Source: Camelus ferus (Eukaryota). Taken from it: DNA of 64,000 bases. Both the position numbers and the translations under genes were made by a program. The stretch is from positions 5,396,001 to 5,460,000 of the forward strand of contig NC_045697.1 in the NCBI RefSeq assembly GCF_009834535.1, written 5' to 3'. This document shows, one piece after another, positions 24,071 to 35,400 of this stretch; the first letter of the stretch is position 1, and every line of letters begins with the position of its first letter. Below the pieces are notes generated by a model. It searched no databases. It was not told where the DNA came from and saw only the letters and a program-made list of their open reading frames with translations.

Positions 24071-25464
24071 CTGTTTTAGGACAATACACTGCGTTTTGCA
24101 AGTCAGACTCTCCAGAAACTGGATCCCAAGGGGCTCCGCATGGGGGACAGCTGTCACACAAAGAGGATACCCAGGGAGGTCAGGGAGGCAGCCGGGCAGC
24201 ACTACCCAGCCTTCAGTGCTAAGGCGTCTGCCAATGCTGGGCCCAGCTCTGAGCCAGCCTGGCCCCATCCCAAACTCTGGGCCTGGGAGCCGAGGCCCGA
24301 CGGGCTGGCCCACTGGCTTTCGTGCCCGATTTGCTGAGCAGCCCTGGACGTCTCTTCCCTATTCTTAGCTGGGTTGAGTCCGGCTAGTTCCTGACGTCCC
24401 AGCTTGTGACAGCTGCTCCCTAGGGCGTCCCAGGCTAAACTCAATGCCCCTGACTTATGCTTTCCTGGTCCCTGGCATGTGCCACAATTCTTACTAAGTG
24501 TGGGATGGATTGTTTAGGGCCTGGGTTCCTGGTAGGGCAGAGACACAGCCTTTTTCCCTACTGACTCCACAGTGCCAAGACTGTGCCTGGCCCAACTGGG
24601 TATCTGATAGACGTTTGCTGAATGAATAAATGATGGCCATCCCCAGGATGCTATGATAACAATAAGAACTGCAACTAACATGAATGGAACAGTTTTCATG
24701 TGCAGGCACTGGTCCCAGCCTTTCCATGCCTTAAACGTGTTTAATAGCAGACTGACTACAGACAGGAGGCACTGGGGTGGAATATTCATAATAATAAATG
24801 AACTTGTGCTAAGTGCCTACTGTGTGCCAGGCGTGACCCTTGCACCTGTTTTCCTTTCCGTTATTCCAGGTTTTAGTTACCAGCTGAGTTTCCTTTCAGG
24901 CTGTTGGAACAGCCATGCCTAGTGCCTTGGGGTGTGTGTGGCCCGGAAGTCAACTGGGACCCAGAGTCAATATCAATATGGAGAGTAGTCCGGAACCTCA
25001 GGCAGTGCCCTGTCTTGTTTTATACTCTTATTGTTTTTGTCTCATTGGCCAGACCTGGGTCTCTGGGTGACCCCAAGCTGCCAGGGAGCTGGGGAAGGGA
25101 GGACCCCATCTTTGCTGCCTCTGTCATGAGGGGATGGTCCAGGTGCTCGGGGACCATTGGTTGGTGGCTGCCATAATCCCAAGAAAGGCCCTGGGAAGGC
25201 GGTGGGTGTGGGCCCCGGCCTTTCCTCCTTTGAAGGAGGGCAGCGATGCCACAGTACCCACCACCCATCTCCGGGTCTTGGAGGAGGGCGGATAGACTCC
25301 CCTAAGCCGCTCCCCCTTCACCACTTCTCACCACCTTCCTGATTGTACCACACCTTGCCCCACCTGGACTGAGTTTACTCAACAATTTTCTCTCAATTGC
25401 CTCACCTTTTAGAAACTTTTTAATCTCATCCTAAGCAACAATATCAATGAAATCACAGTTTGAG

Positions 25465-25938
25465 TGTGTGTGGCAAAGACCACTGTCTCTTGCACAAAAA
25501 CTACTCTCCATTTCTTCCCTGTGAAAGAACTCTGATTTCTTTGCCTGGCTCCAGGGTTGCTAGAATAAAAACTTACTGTCCTGGCCTCTCTTTTGGTGAA
25601 GTGTGGTTTTGTAAACTGTCCTGATCAATGGATGTAACCAAAAGGTATGAGTTAAAGGAGAAGAATGTGTTTTTTTCCTTTCCTGTTCTGCTTTCTGCTG
25701 CCTGGAATGTAGGCATGATGGCTGGAACTGCAGCAACCAGATTAGACCTTGCTGGTGACCTTGAGAATGGAAGTCCTACACAGCAGAGTAACAAGAGGGA
25801 AGAAGGTGGGGCCTAGATCTTGTAGACTGCCATTCCAGCCCTTGACTTTAACCAAAGGAGTGGTAAACATTTTTCTCATTGAAGCCACAGGTTTATTGTT
25901 GTTTGTCAATTGCAGTGATCTATTCCTAACTAATGCAA
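25465..25938 (+). mobile_element. Old MaLR LTR (MLT1K/L-like)
   Basis: tgctgcctggaatgtaggcatgatggctggaactgcagcaacc...gaagccacag...ttgcagtgatctattcctaactaatgca. Confidence 0.6.
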
Positions 25939-26166
25939 TGTACTAGAAATATTTTTGAGCACATATTAAAATAAATGTCTAAGTATTAACATTCTAAAAG
26001 GTTCACGACCAATGATGTCATCCTGGTTGTCCCCAAGGGAATGCTACCGGATCTCAGGAAACACTGACATCATGCAAGTGAAGAAAACCTTGAAAACTTT
26101 CAAGTGTTCTACAGATCTCATCCTGGTGCCCTTGACCTTGTCCAGTCCCCAACACGTAGAAGGTAC

Positions 26167-26789
26167 TGTTGGGGGACAGAGTGGGCCGGTTTCATGGGCG
26201 GTAAAAGAATTTACCAAAAGATGAGAATAGAAAGTTTACTGGGTTACACTGCCATAGACCCCCGATGAGAGGTGCCTGAGTGAGAAACGGGGGGCGGTTG
26301 CTGAGGTCTTTTATGGTGGGGAGGCGTTGGTGAACACAGTGGATTTGGGGCTGTGTGATCAGCTTGCACACAAGGTTTTGACTGGTTGTAGGTGAGGTAA
26401 GAAGTTTAGGGTCCATGAAGGGGTGGTGGGGTTTATGACTGATAAGGTGGAGATAGTGGACTGAAATGAAGCAGCCTGAGCTATTGAGGGATTAGGCATG
26501 ACCTAGGGCTGTTAGTTTGTTAGGGCAAACACGCCCGGTAAAGATGTGCTTTATGCGTTGAGGGATCCAGGCAGACATCGGAGAGCCCAGGAACGGGGGT
26601 CGCTGGACTTTGAAGGACGCCAGTTGGCGCCACAGGTACGTACTGCTCTGGATGGTGACGACAACAGCAAAGGAGCTAAGGGGCATTGATGATGCAAAGT
26701 GTGAACCCGCGGCCCCTTTGCTTCCCTCCCAGAAACAGTCAGAGCTTTGCATCCCCTTTCTCGGGTGTGACAATACCTCCGCCTTCACA
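26167..26789 (-). mobile_element. Solo ERVL-class LTR (MER54/73/74-like)
   Basis: Reverse complement runs tgtgaaggc...ttggtaaattcttttaccgcccatgaaaccggccc...ccaaca, with TG...CA termini and an LTR-like U5. TSD not evident. Confidence 0.55.
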
Positions 26790-27258
26790 CTGGAACTGAC
26801 ACTGAAGGTATGATTCCCCCAAAGCCGAGAGTCCTGGGTCCCAGTCGTGGCCCCTGCAACCGGTTACCTGCGTGACCTCGGACAGGGTAGGAGAGTCAAC
26901 TGCAATTGAAGCATACGATTCAACACTCCAAATATTTACCGGTCACTTGGCGCGTGCCTGGTGCTCGTGCTTTGTGTCAGGCTCCTTGCCCTTGGGGAGG
27001 TCATTGTCTGGCCGGGGGTGGACTTGGCCCTGGGAAATCAGAAGGGGAGTTAGAACACAGACCTGTACTCAGAGAGCAGTGTCTTTGCCCAGGGTCGCAG
27101 ACGCCATCCCTGAGACCAGGATTTCAGTGCTGGGGTTTATTTGAGAGGTGATCCTGGGACACACTCATCTTAACCTCGAATTTATAAAGCCCCTAATCTA
27201 TAAAATTGGCATGATAATGGTACCCTCCTCCAGCACTGGGCTGCCATGAGTTATTCAT

Positions 27259-27440
27259 TGTTGGTGTGCTGGAGCCATTCCAGTACCGGCTCTGTCCGTC
27301 TTCCCAGCCCCCCATCACGTCACATCTGGAGTCGGCCATGGTTGGGGTGGGAGCATTTACACCTTGGAAACTGGCAAATGCTACAGGTCAGGGGCTTTTC
27401 TCGGAGAGCTGGTTGTTGAACATTTCCCGCCACGTCACTG
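27259..27440 (+). mobile_element. MER63-like hAT-Blackjack relic
   Basis: ggtgtgctggagcc...gtgggagcatttacaccttggaaactggcaaatgctaca...gagagctggttgttgaacattt...cactg. Confidence 0.75.
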
Positions 27441-28649
27441 ATGATTAATTATGCATAATGCACACACGACAGCGGCTGGTACACAGCGCTCCACACTGGC
27501 TCAGTGATGACAGTCATTGGGATTATCACAGGGCAGTGAGGCTCACGTGGAGTCCAGGCTAGGGGGAAGGAGGACCAAGCCATGGGTAAACCTTTCATCT
27601 CCCTGCAGCTCAGAACTTAAAAGGGCATGGCCAAAGGGCAGGACAATCCCTGTTTCTGGGCAAAAATTGAACGATTCTTTGTTATTCACCAGACACTACA
27701 GTTTCTGTTCAAAAGCAACAGTTGTTCAGGCAGGTGAAGCTTTGTGTTCCTGGTCTAGCTGGCATTCAACTCGGCCATCACTGTGCAGCCTTGTGACTTT
27801 GAACAAGTCACTTGGCCTCTCTGTGCTTCAGTTTCTTTGTCTCTAAAGTGGGAATGACAGTAGCATCAGAAAAATGCCTGGCACCTAGTAAGTGCCCGAT
27901 AAAGGTTAGCACAACCAAGAGGACGTACTGCCAACACCAACAGGGCCCCCGCGACCGGGTGTATCTCACCTGCACACGCAGCTGCCCAGCCCCGGGTTGT
28001 GCAAGACACTTCACTGCCATTTGGAAGATGCACAAGTGAGGTGCGGAGGGTTGGGAGGTCTAGCCGAGGTCACAGGGCAAGTCGATGTGGGATCTGGCCC
28101 CTGGCACACCCCACCCCACCCCCGCCCTGCTCTGTGCCCCACACGCAGGCTGCCTCTACCCCTTCCCAGCTGAGCGGCTGCCGCCCCAAATAACTCTGTG
28201 TCCCCTCATCGCAGCGGGAGCTTCAGAAGTCAGTGGCTCGGACAATTGCACTTTCTTTTCTCTTTCCAAAGAGGAATCAGCCTTGGAGGCCCTTTGAAAG
28301 AGCTATGATTACATCTTCATTTGTGGCTAATGGGATTAGCATGGCCCACGCAGAGCCTTGGGGGGCAGTGGGGATTGGCAGGTGCTGCCCGTGGTGACGG
28401 TGCTGGCGGGGGAGGTTTGCTCCTGGCTGCTCAGCCCCTCCACACTGCCAGGCTCCGGACCCTGGAGGGGGCGAGGGGGCGCCCCAGGGCCTCTGATGGA
28501 TGCAGGGACAGGAAAATGGAATTAACCCCACCCCAATGCACTGAGGGGTGGCTGCCTCCCTCACCCAGCCCTGGATTCTACTGATCAAGGCTCTCTGGGA
28601 CCGGAGACACCAGAAATTACTCTCTGGGACTATGATAATGAGATAAAGG

Positions 28650-28651
<2 letters not shown>

Positions 28652-28688
<37 letters not shown>

Positions 28689-28702
28689 TGTGCGCATGTG
28701 CG
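28652..28702. repeat. (TG)n microsatellite
   Basis: Directly visible. Confidence 0.95.
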
Positions 28703-29234
28703 CATTGGGTTGTGGGGGTGTCTTTTTGTGACTTCAGTCTCCAAATATCCCATCGAGGAGACCTCTCTGAGGCCACGAGATGTGGGAAGAAACAAAGCAG
28801 GAGCTGGGTAAGCCAGGAGACCAAGCCTGGTGATGCGACCTGCCTGAGTCAGCCACACCCAATCCTTAACAGCCCTACTATGTGCCGGGCCCAGTGGTAC
28901 TTACTGGGGACACACAGCGCAGTGAGACTTCCTTGTCACTCGGCTTCTGTGCCAGGCTTTGCACCAAGAACTCTGTGTGTATTTCATACAATTCTCACCA
29001 CGTTCCTGGAAGGCCAGTACCAGCCATCCCAGGATGATGTAAAATCGTCCCGTTTAACACAGGAGGGAATTCAAGCTTCAGGATAACCGATGCTGAAATA
29101 TACCCTCAGAACTGGCATCGGCGGTCCTCAAATCTGGACCCGTGGACCCCGCCGGGGAGATTTTGTCTGCTGCTGTGATGCTTGTTAGCACGGTATGTAC
29201 TTATTTAGTATTTTTCTTGGAATTGCCTCTTTTA

Positions 29235-29770
29235 AAATTTTTAATTTATGATTTTCCTAACTTTCCATTTTGAAAAATGTCAAACCTATTAAAAGTTGCA
29301 TGAATGCACCTCCCTATGCCATTTATTTAGAGTTTAGATTCCCCAGATGTTAACATCTGCCGTGTTTGTTTTCTTTCTCTGTTTATCTATGTAAAATGTA
29401 TATTTGTACACATATATAGTCCACACATTTACGTCCACAGTTACTTATACGTGTGGATGTGTATGTAGAGTTATGTTTGTGTATGTATATAAATGTATGA
29501 TGCATAGAAGTGTGTACTCTTCCTTGTGAGCTATTTGCAAACATCAATGACACTTGACTTCTAACTACTTCAGCGTATCTCCTAGAACAAAGACATTCTC
29601 TTATGTAACCACAATCACGATGATCACACTCAGGAAATTTAACATTGATTCGTTTCTATTATCTAATTTCTAATCCACATTCGAATTCCCCCCAGTTACC
29701 CCAATAATGTCCTTTGGAGCTTTTTTTTTTCCTTTTAAATCCAGGATACAACCAAAGACCACTCATCACA
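29235..29770 (-). mobile_element. Ancient L1 (L1MC-like) 3' fragment
   Basis: ttttgaaaaatgtcaaacctattaaaagttgc...tcctagaacaaagacattctcttatgtaaccacaat...tcaggaaatttaacattgat...ccaataatgtcc. Confidence 0.7.
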
Positions 29771-30169
29771 TTTATTTTATCATCCCTCCAAGATGTAATC
29801 AGAAGGATTGAAAGCAAATTGAAGAAGGGACTTGTCGCCCCCCTCACCCCGAGTGGATACGGAGCGCTGCTCCAGCACAGCCCAGCACAGCCCAGTAAAT
29901 CATCTCTCTCGTGTGCGGCACCTCCCGGGAAGCCCTGACCCGTGCTCTCTGGCCTCAGAGAGTCCATACAGGGATAGATAACCCCCAGAGCCTGTCCTTG
30001 AGGAGAACATTGGATTCAGTTTCCTCCCTTGCCAGTGAGGATGTCACTAGGTCTGCAGCCCCTGCCTCTTCCCTCGCCTTCCTAACCCTGATTTTGTTCA
30101 GAGCAGCGGTGAGCCCGTCCCTGTGAGATGACTACTGATCTGGGCCACCCCATCAGCCTCCCCTGGGGC

Positions 30170-30560
30170 TGACTTTCTCAGCCTACCTTGTAGCCAGGCC
30201 ACCGAGCTAGCCCGAGAGGCATAAGGGAGCGTCTTCTGAGACATCTGCCTCTGAGTACCTTTTTCCTTTGCTAACAAAAAAGGAAATAACTTCAGGAAAT
30301 GCCTCTCCCTCTACTTTCTTCCCCCTTCCATCTTGGAACCCAGTTGCGATGCCTGGAGCTGTAGCAGCCATTTGTGACCAGAAAGCAACACACATTAGGA
30401 CAAACAGCCAGCTGTCTGAGGGTGGGAAGAGCCTGGTGCCGGGATGCGACGTTCAGTGGCTGCTCCAGGCCTGAACTGCCGCCTCCCACTGCTCCTTAGG
30501 GGAGAGAAATACATGTCTTTATTGCTGAAGTTACTATCGAGAGCAGTCCTAATTGATACC
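30170..30560 (+). mobile_element. Old MaLR LTR (MLT1K/L-like)
   Basis: gatgcctggagctgtagcagccattttgtgacc...gagaaatacatgtctttattg...agcagtcctaattgatac. Confidence 0.55.
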
Positions 30561-30707
30561 TTCAGGGGCTTCTAAGAAACTTCCAGACACAGTGGAAAGT
30601 ACAAGGCACGCGGGGCCAGACAGAACCAGGCCTAAACATCGGAGGCAGACTCTAATTATGTCTGTGAGCCTGGGTACGTTGTTTAACCTCTCTGCATCCT
30701 CTCTGCT

Positions 30708-30838
30708 AGAAGAAAGGAAGGAAGGGGGGGGGAGGAAGGAAGGAAGAAAGAAGAAAGAAGAAAGAAGGGAAGGAAGGAGGAAAGGAAGGAAGGAAGAGGA
30801 AGGAAGGAAGAAAGGAAGAAAGGAAGGAAGGAAGGAGA
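30708..30838. repeat. (GGAA/GAA)n polypurine repeat
   Basis: Directly visible. Confidence 0.92.
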
Positions 30839-31629
30839 ACGTTCAGACAATATCCTGAACGTCCTTCTTCGGAACTTCTCCTTTCTTCCTCGCCTTCTTC
30901 CCTCCCTCCCCGCTCCCACTTAATCCCTAAACTCCCTACTCTCCAAAAGCACCAACCGAGAAGATTCATAGGAAGACGAAGAAGGAAGACGTACTTCCAT
31001 CCCTATATTTATTTAATCGCCCGTTCAATACACGTATGTTGAGCGCCTGCTCGGTGCTGTTCATTCAGTAACTGCTGAATGAGTGCTTCCTACGCTCTAA
31101 GCACTGTCGTAGGCACTGCAGTGTCTCCGTGAAACAGTTTCCTTTGGGTTTCAATTATATGCCAGCAATTCAGTTGGTCATTGGATGGGATTGTTTCCAT
31201 TTTCACCGATGAGGAAATTGGTGCTCAGACAAGGCAGAGCGGCCCCTATGACTGCCCAGCCCACACGGGGTGGAGCAAAGCCGCCCCTGTTCTGGGTGAC
31301 CCCAGGGCTTGTGCTCTGCTGGGTCTGGGCGCCTGTCACACACACCAGGAGTGAATCACAGCGATTTTGCAGTTGTAAAATGCTCTGAAGGAAGGACTGT
31401 GCATTTCCAGCATCTTTTGGAATTGTGTTTCTGATTCTGACCCCAATTTATCAGATACAGACAGTGGATTACCTGGAGAGTGGACAGGCTCAGTGGTGCA
31501 TTAGGAGCCAATAACTTTTGCCTTTAATTCCTCAGACCTGATGAAATCACCAAGCTGAGAGAATGCTGGCCCGGCTGGCACGGTGCACCTCCTCCTGTAT
31601 ATTGTAACCATCCTCTTCTTTTTAAAATT

Positions 31630-31765
31630 ATTTCTTTGTTTTTATCTTTTGAGGAGCAGTTATTACATTATTTATTATTTATTTATTTAATGGAGGTACT
31701 GGGGATTGAACCCAAGACCTCGTGCATGCTAAGCACGTGCTCTGCCACTGAGCTATACCCTTTCC
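31630..31765 (-). mobile_element. tRNA-derived SINE (camelid-type)
   Basis: Reverse complement: agggtatagctcagtggcagagcacgtgcttagcatgcacgaggtcttgggttcaatccccagtacctccatt, followed by an AT-rich tail. Confidence 0.92.
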
Positions 31766-31775
31766 TCTAAATTAC

Positions 31776-31863
31776 TTTTTAATTTTTTTTTTATTGAAGT
31801 ATAGTTGGTTTGCAATGTTATGTTAGCTTCAGGTGTCCAACAAAGTGATTCAGCTATATATAT

Positions 31864-31896
<33 letters not shown>

Positions 31897-32230
31897 AATA
31901 TATAATTCTTTTTCAGATTATTTTCCATTATAGGTTACTATAAGATATTGAATATAGTTCCCTGTGCTATACAGTAGGTCCTTGTTGTTTATCTATTTTA
32001 CATACAGTAAAGTTATAGTAGTAGTATCTATTAATTCCAAACTCCTAATTTATCCCTCCCTTCCTTTGGTAACCGTAAGATTGTTTTCTATGTCTGTGAG
32101 TCTGCTTCTGGTTTGTAAATAAGTTCTTTTGTATCATTTTTGTAGATTCCACAAATAAGTGATACTGTATGATATTTGTATTTCTCTGACTTACTTTACT
32201 CAATATGATCATCTCTAGGTCCATCCACAT
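31776..32230 (-). mobile_element. 5'-truncated LINE-1 3' end with internal (TA)/(CA) microsatellite
   Basis: ORF track 32045-32233(-) gives WMDLEMIILSKVSQ (L1 ORF2 end); L1 3'UTR and poly-T at 31776-31792. Confidence 0.92.
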
Positions 32231-32359
32231 CATCTTCTTTGGTTATGCAAAAAGCCTTAGAAATCCAAGTGCAGTGGCTCCCTCTCCAATTAGGGGAGAA
32301 CTAGGAAAGAACTCCAATTTTCAGAACTTCTACTAAGGTGTTAGTTGCTGTCGCTACTT

Positions 32360-32480
32360 CATTTCATCCTCATGTCAACTCTGGGATTTAAATGGGTGTC
32401 ATTCATCCTACGTTACAGATGGAGAAACTGAGGCTTAGAGGAGTCACTTAACTTGCCCAAGGTCATACAGCCTTCATTGC
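32360..32480 (-). mobile_element. MIR SINE
   Basis: ttacagatggagaaactgaggcttagaggagtcacttaacttgcccaaggtcatacagc. Confidence 0.8.
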
Positions 32481-35400
32481 TGGGCCCAGATGGAATTATT
32501 TATTTGCATCTGTCTTCTTGCTTGACTGTGAGTGCAGAAACCATGCCTAAATATTTGTGGAATTGAAAAGTGCTGAGACCCCTTGCTGCTGCACAGATGT
32601 GGCTACAATTCTCCAGCATCTGCTTCACCTGGGCTGCTGTGGTTTCCATCACACAAATTAACCAAAGCCTGGTGCTGTCTCCTGCAGCAGGAAGGGGAGG
32701 CAAAGGTTCCGAGACTTGGGCACTGGGATTCCCTGAGTCAGCCGGAGCTCCAGGGCAAGGTTCTTCTCTTCTCCAGCCTCAGTTTGCTCATCTGTAAAAT
32801 GAAGGCAGTTGGATTCCTAGACTCAAACTTCTCTTAACCTGAACACTTTCCCCAGAGCTAAGATGACTGGAGTTTTTCCAGCCCCTAAAAGAAAAATTCA
32901 AAAGTCTAGCTTAAAACACCTTCCTATCCATTTGCAAATATCAGGTAGCTTACCAAACCATTAGGAATTCACCGTGTCAGCGCACAGGTGATAATAAAAA
33001 TCACACTCACATGGCACTTCCTGGGTATTTTTTTCATCATTCTCTTTCAACAGAGGAGCAAACTGAGGCACAGAGAAGGTGAGTGATTTTCCCAGTGAGC
33101 CACAGCTACTAAGCGGAGGAGCCTGACTCTCAGAGTCTGTGTTTCTAACCGCTGCGCTGGATCTCCGTCCAGTTTGCTGTTGCTGCGTGCTCGACCTGGG
33201 ACAGGATCACACACAAAGTGCTTCTCAGTGATCTCCTGGTTGGGAAGAGTTTCCAACATCCTTATTTTCTGAGAAACCAGCTGATGCTGACATTGGAGAC
33301 TGAACTTGAATTACGATCTCCCCTACAAATTTTGTTCTCATGTCCTGAGAGACAAGTTATTAAGCAGTCTGACTTGGGCTGGAATCCTTGCTCTTCTACC
33401 CAGCTCTGTGACTGCAGGAAAGTTGCTAAACCTCTCTGATCATACATTTCCCATTCTACCATCTCTCTTCTAGAGCTGTGGGGATAGAGTTCTTTTTGCT
33501 TTGCCTCAGAAGAGAAGAGAAAAACTCCCCTGAATTATGATTTCCAGAGAGGCTGTCATGCTGGGGAACTGAGAAACCCACACGCCTGCTTCAGACGTTG
33601 CATTCCCTTAAAGGGTGGAGCCTGGCTGCGTGGCTCTGCCTGGGCCACCGCATGTGAGGGTTTGAGGGCCATCAGTCTCCTGTGTCTACAACCAAATGCT
33701 TGTCCTCCTTTCGCCCTGCTAGGGTACCTGGAATGCCACCAATGTGGCACTGTGGTCCCCAGCATCTCCTGACCCAACCCCAAAATACTCAAAGAGGACT
33801 GGTGCTGAAAAACACAGTTACTAATAAATATTTGCTGCCCTTGTTAGAGAGCTTACCATGTGCTGGGCTGTGTGAGAGCTTGGCGTATATTACTCTTTGA
33901 GGTAAACAGTGTTCTCCCTAACTTACAGAGGAGGAGGCAGGGGCCCTGAGAGATCATTTCCCTACACTATGGTGGTGCCGTGTTGAAGGACATCCGTCAT
34001 CTCCGCCAAACTCTATGACCGTTGCTGTTTGATGTATCCAGGCTGTGAATGTGAGGCTGTGGGCTCCTGGAGACCAGGACTGCATCTGAGCCACGTTTAC
34101 ATCCCATGGCAGGGCCTGGCGCATAGTAGGTGCTCACTAAGTGTTCATTGAATGAATGAATGAGCCCCCTGCATAGTGCGGCCCTGACTAACTGGCTGCT
34201 CACCACATCCGCTTCCTCTTCTTCCTGGACATTCAGTGGGAGTACAGTTCCCAGGCTCCCTTACAGTTCTGGCCAATAGAACATGGGGAGACGTTACGTG
34301 CAAGGCTGGTTATTTTCCAAGACTGGTTCGTAAACACCTTCCAAGCAATCCTCTACTCTTTCTTTCCTTCCATTTTCTAGCCTCATGCAGAGGATCCAGT
34401 ACAGAAGTCAGAGGCTGGAGGGATGGTGGGAACACAAGATGGAAGGAGCCTGGGCCTGAGTCACCGCCTGGAGGCAGGCTGAGGCCAAGAAAGAAACTTC
34501 CATAACACTAATCAGCCAGGCACGGAGGTTGTTTGCCGCAGCATCGGGCTACCAAAACTGATAGGGGAGTTGGAAAAGAAAGCTTCTCCTAGAATCAGAG
34601 GCTGTCAGGTTGGAAAGGACCTTGGACATCACAGAGGCAAAGTTCCCATCCAGCGCAGGCATCTCTTTACATCTCCGCCCACAGTTCTCCCAACCTGATT
34701 TGCATGTGTGCCGTGATGGGGAGCTCACTCCCACTGGAGGCGTCATCTTCTATCCCTGGACTGCCCTGGCTGCAGGAAGACATTTCCTTACCTTGAGCCC
34801 TGCCTTAGCCCCACGTAGGGTGACTTGGCTCCTAGGTCTTACACAAGTTGAAGGTGAAGATCAGGTCCCCTTGGGTAACTCCTTATTTCTCTAGTTAACA
34901 AGTGTGTCCTGAGGCCTCTGACCAGCCAGGCCCTCCCCAGGCCAAGCACTGCCATCCGTCCACCTTTCCTCCGGGGGCCTGGCTGTAGCACCTGCCCTGT
35001 GTTTGTCCCTTCCTGTGCACACGGGAGGTCTGATTATCTTCAGCTCTGCCCCTGGCATTGGTCTCGGTGGGAAATAACCTGGGTAACATTTCTCAAGCCA
35101 TCACGTGTGCAGTCTTAGCACCCTTCACCTCATTTCATCCTCACAACAACTCTACAGGATGTGGGTCATTTTACTCCCATTTTACCGAAGAGGAAACTGA
35201 GGTTCAGAAGAGTGATGCCACCTACCCAGAGGACAGTAACTAAAAAGTGGCAGTGTGGGGCACAGACCAGGTGTGTCTGATACCAAAGCCCAGGTACTGC
35301 CTCCCAGGTGGTGGGGAGCAGCCCCCGGCCACAGGATGATGCAGATAAAGGACCAGGTAACAACTCTGGCCCTCAAGTAAATGGCAGCAGGGGCTCACTG

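Noticed and set aside
28277..28858. 193-aa ORF and other long ORFs (e.g. 35970-36563, 49694-50260, 6447-6989)
   Set aside because: Cross microsatellites or repeats, or have the Pro/Gly/Ser/Arg bias expected of random GC-rich DNA; no domain recognised.
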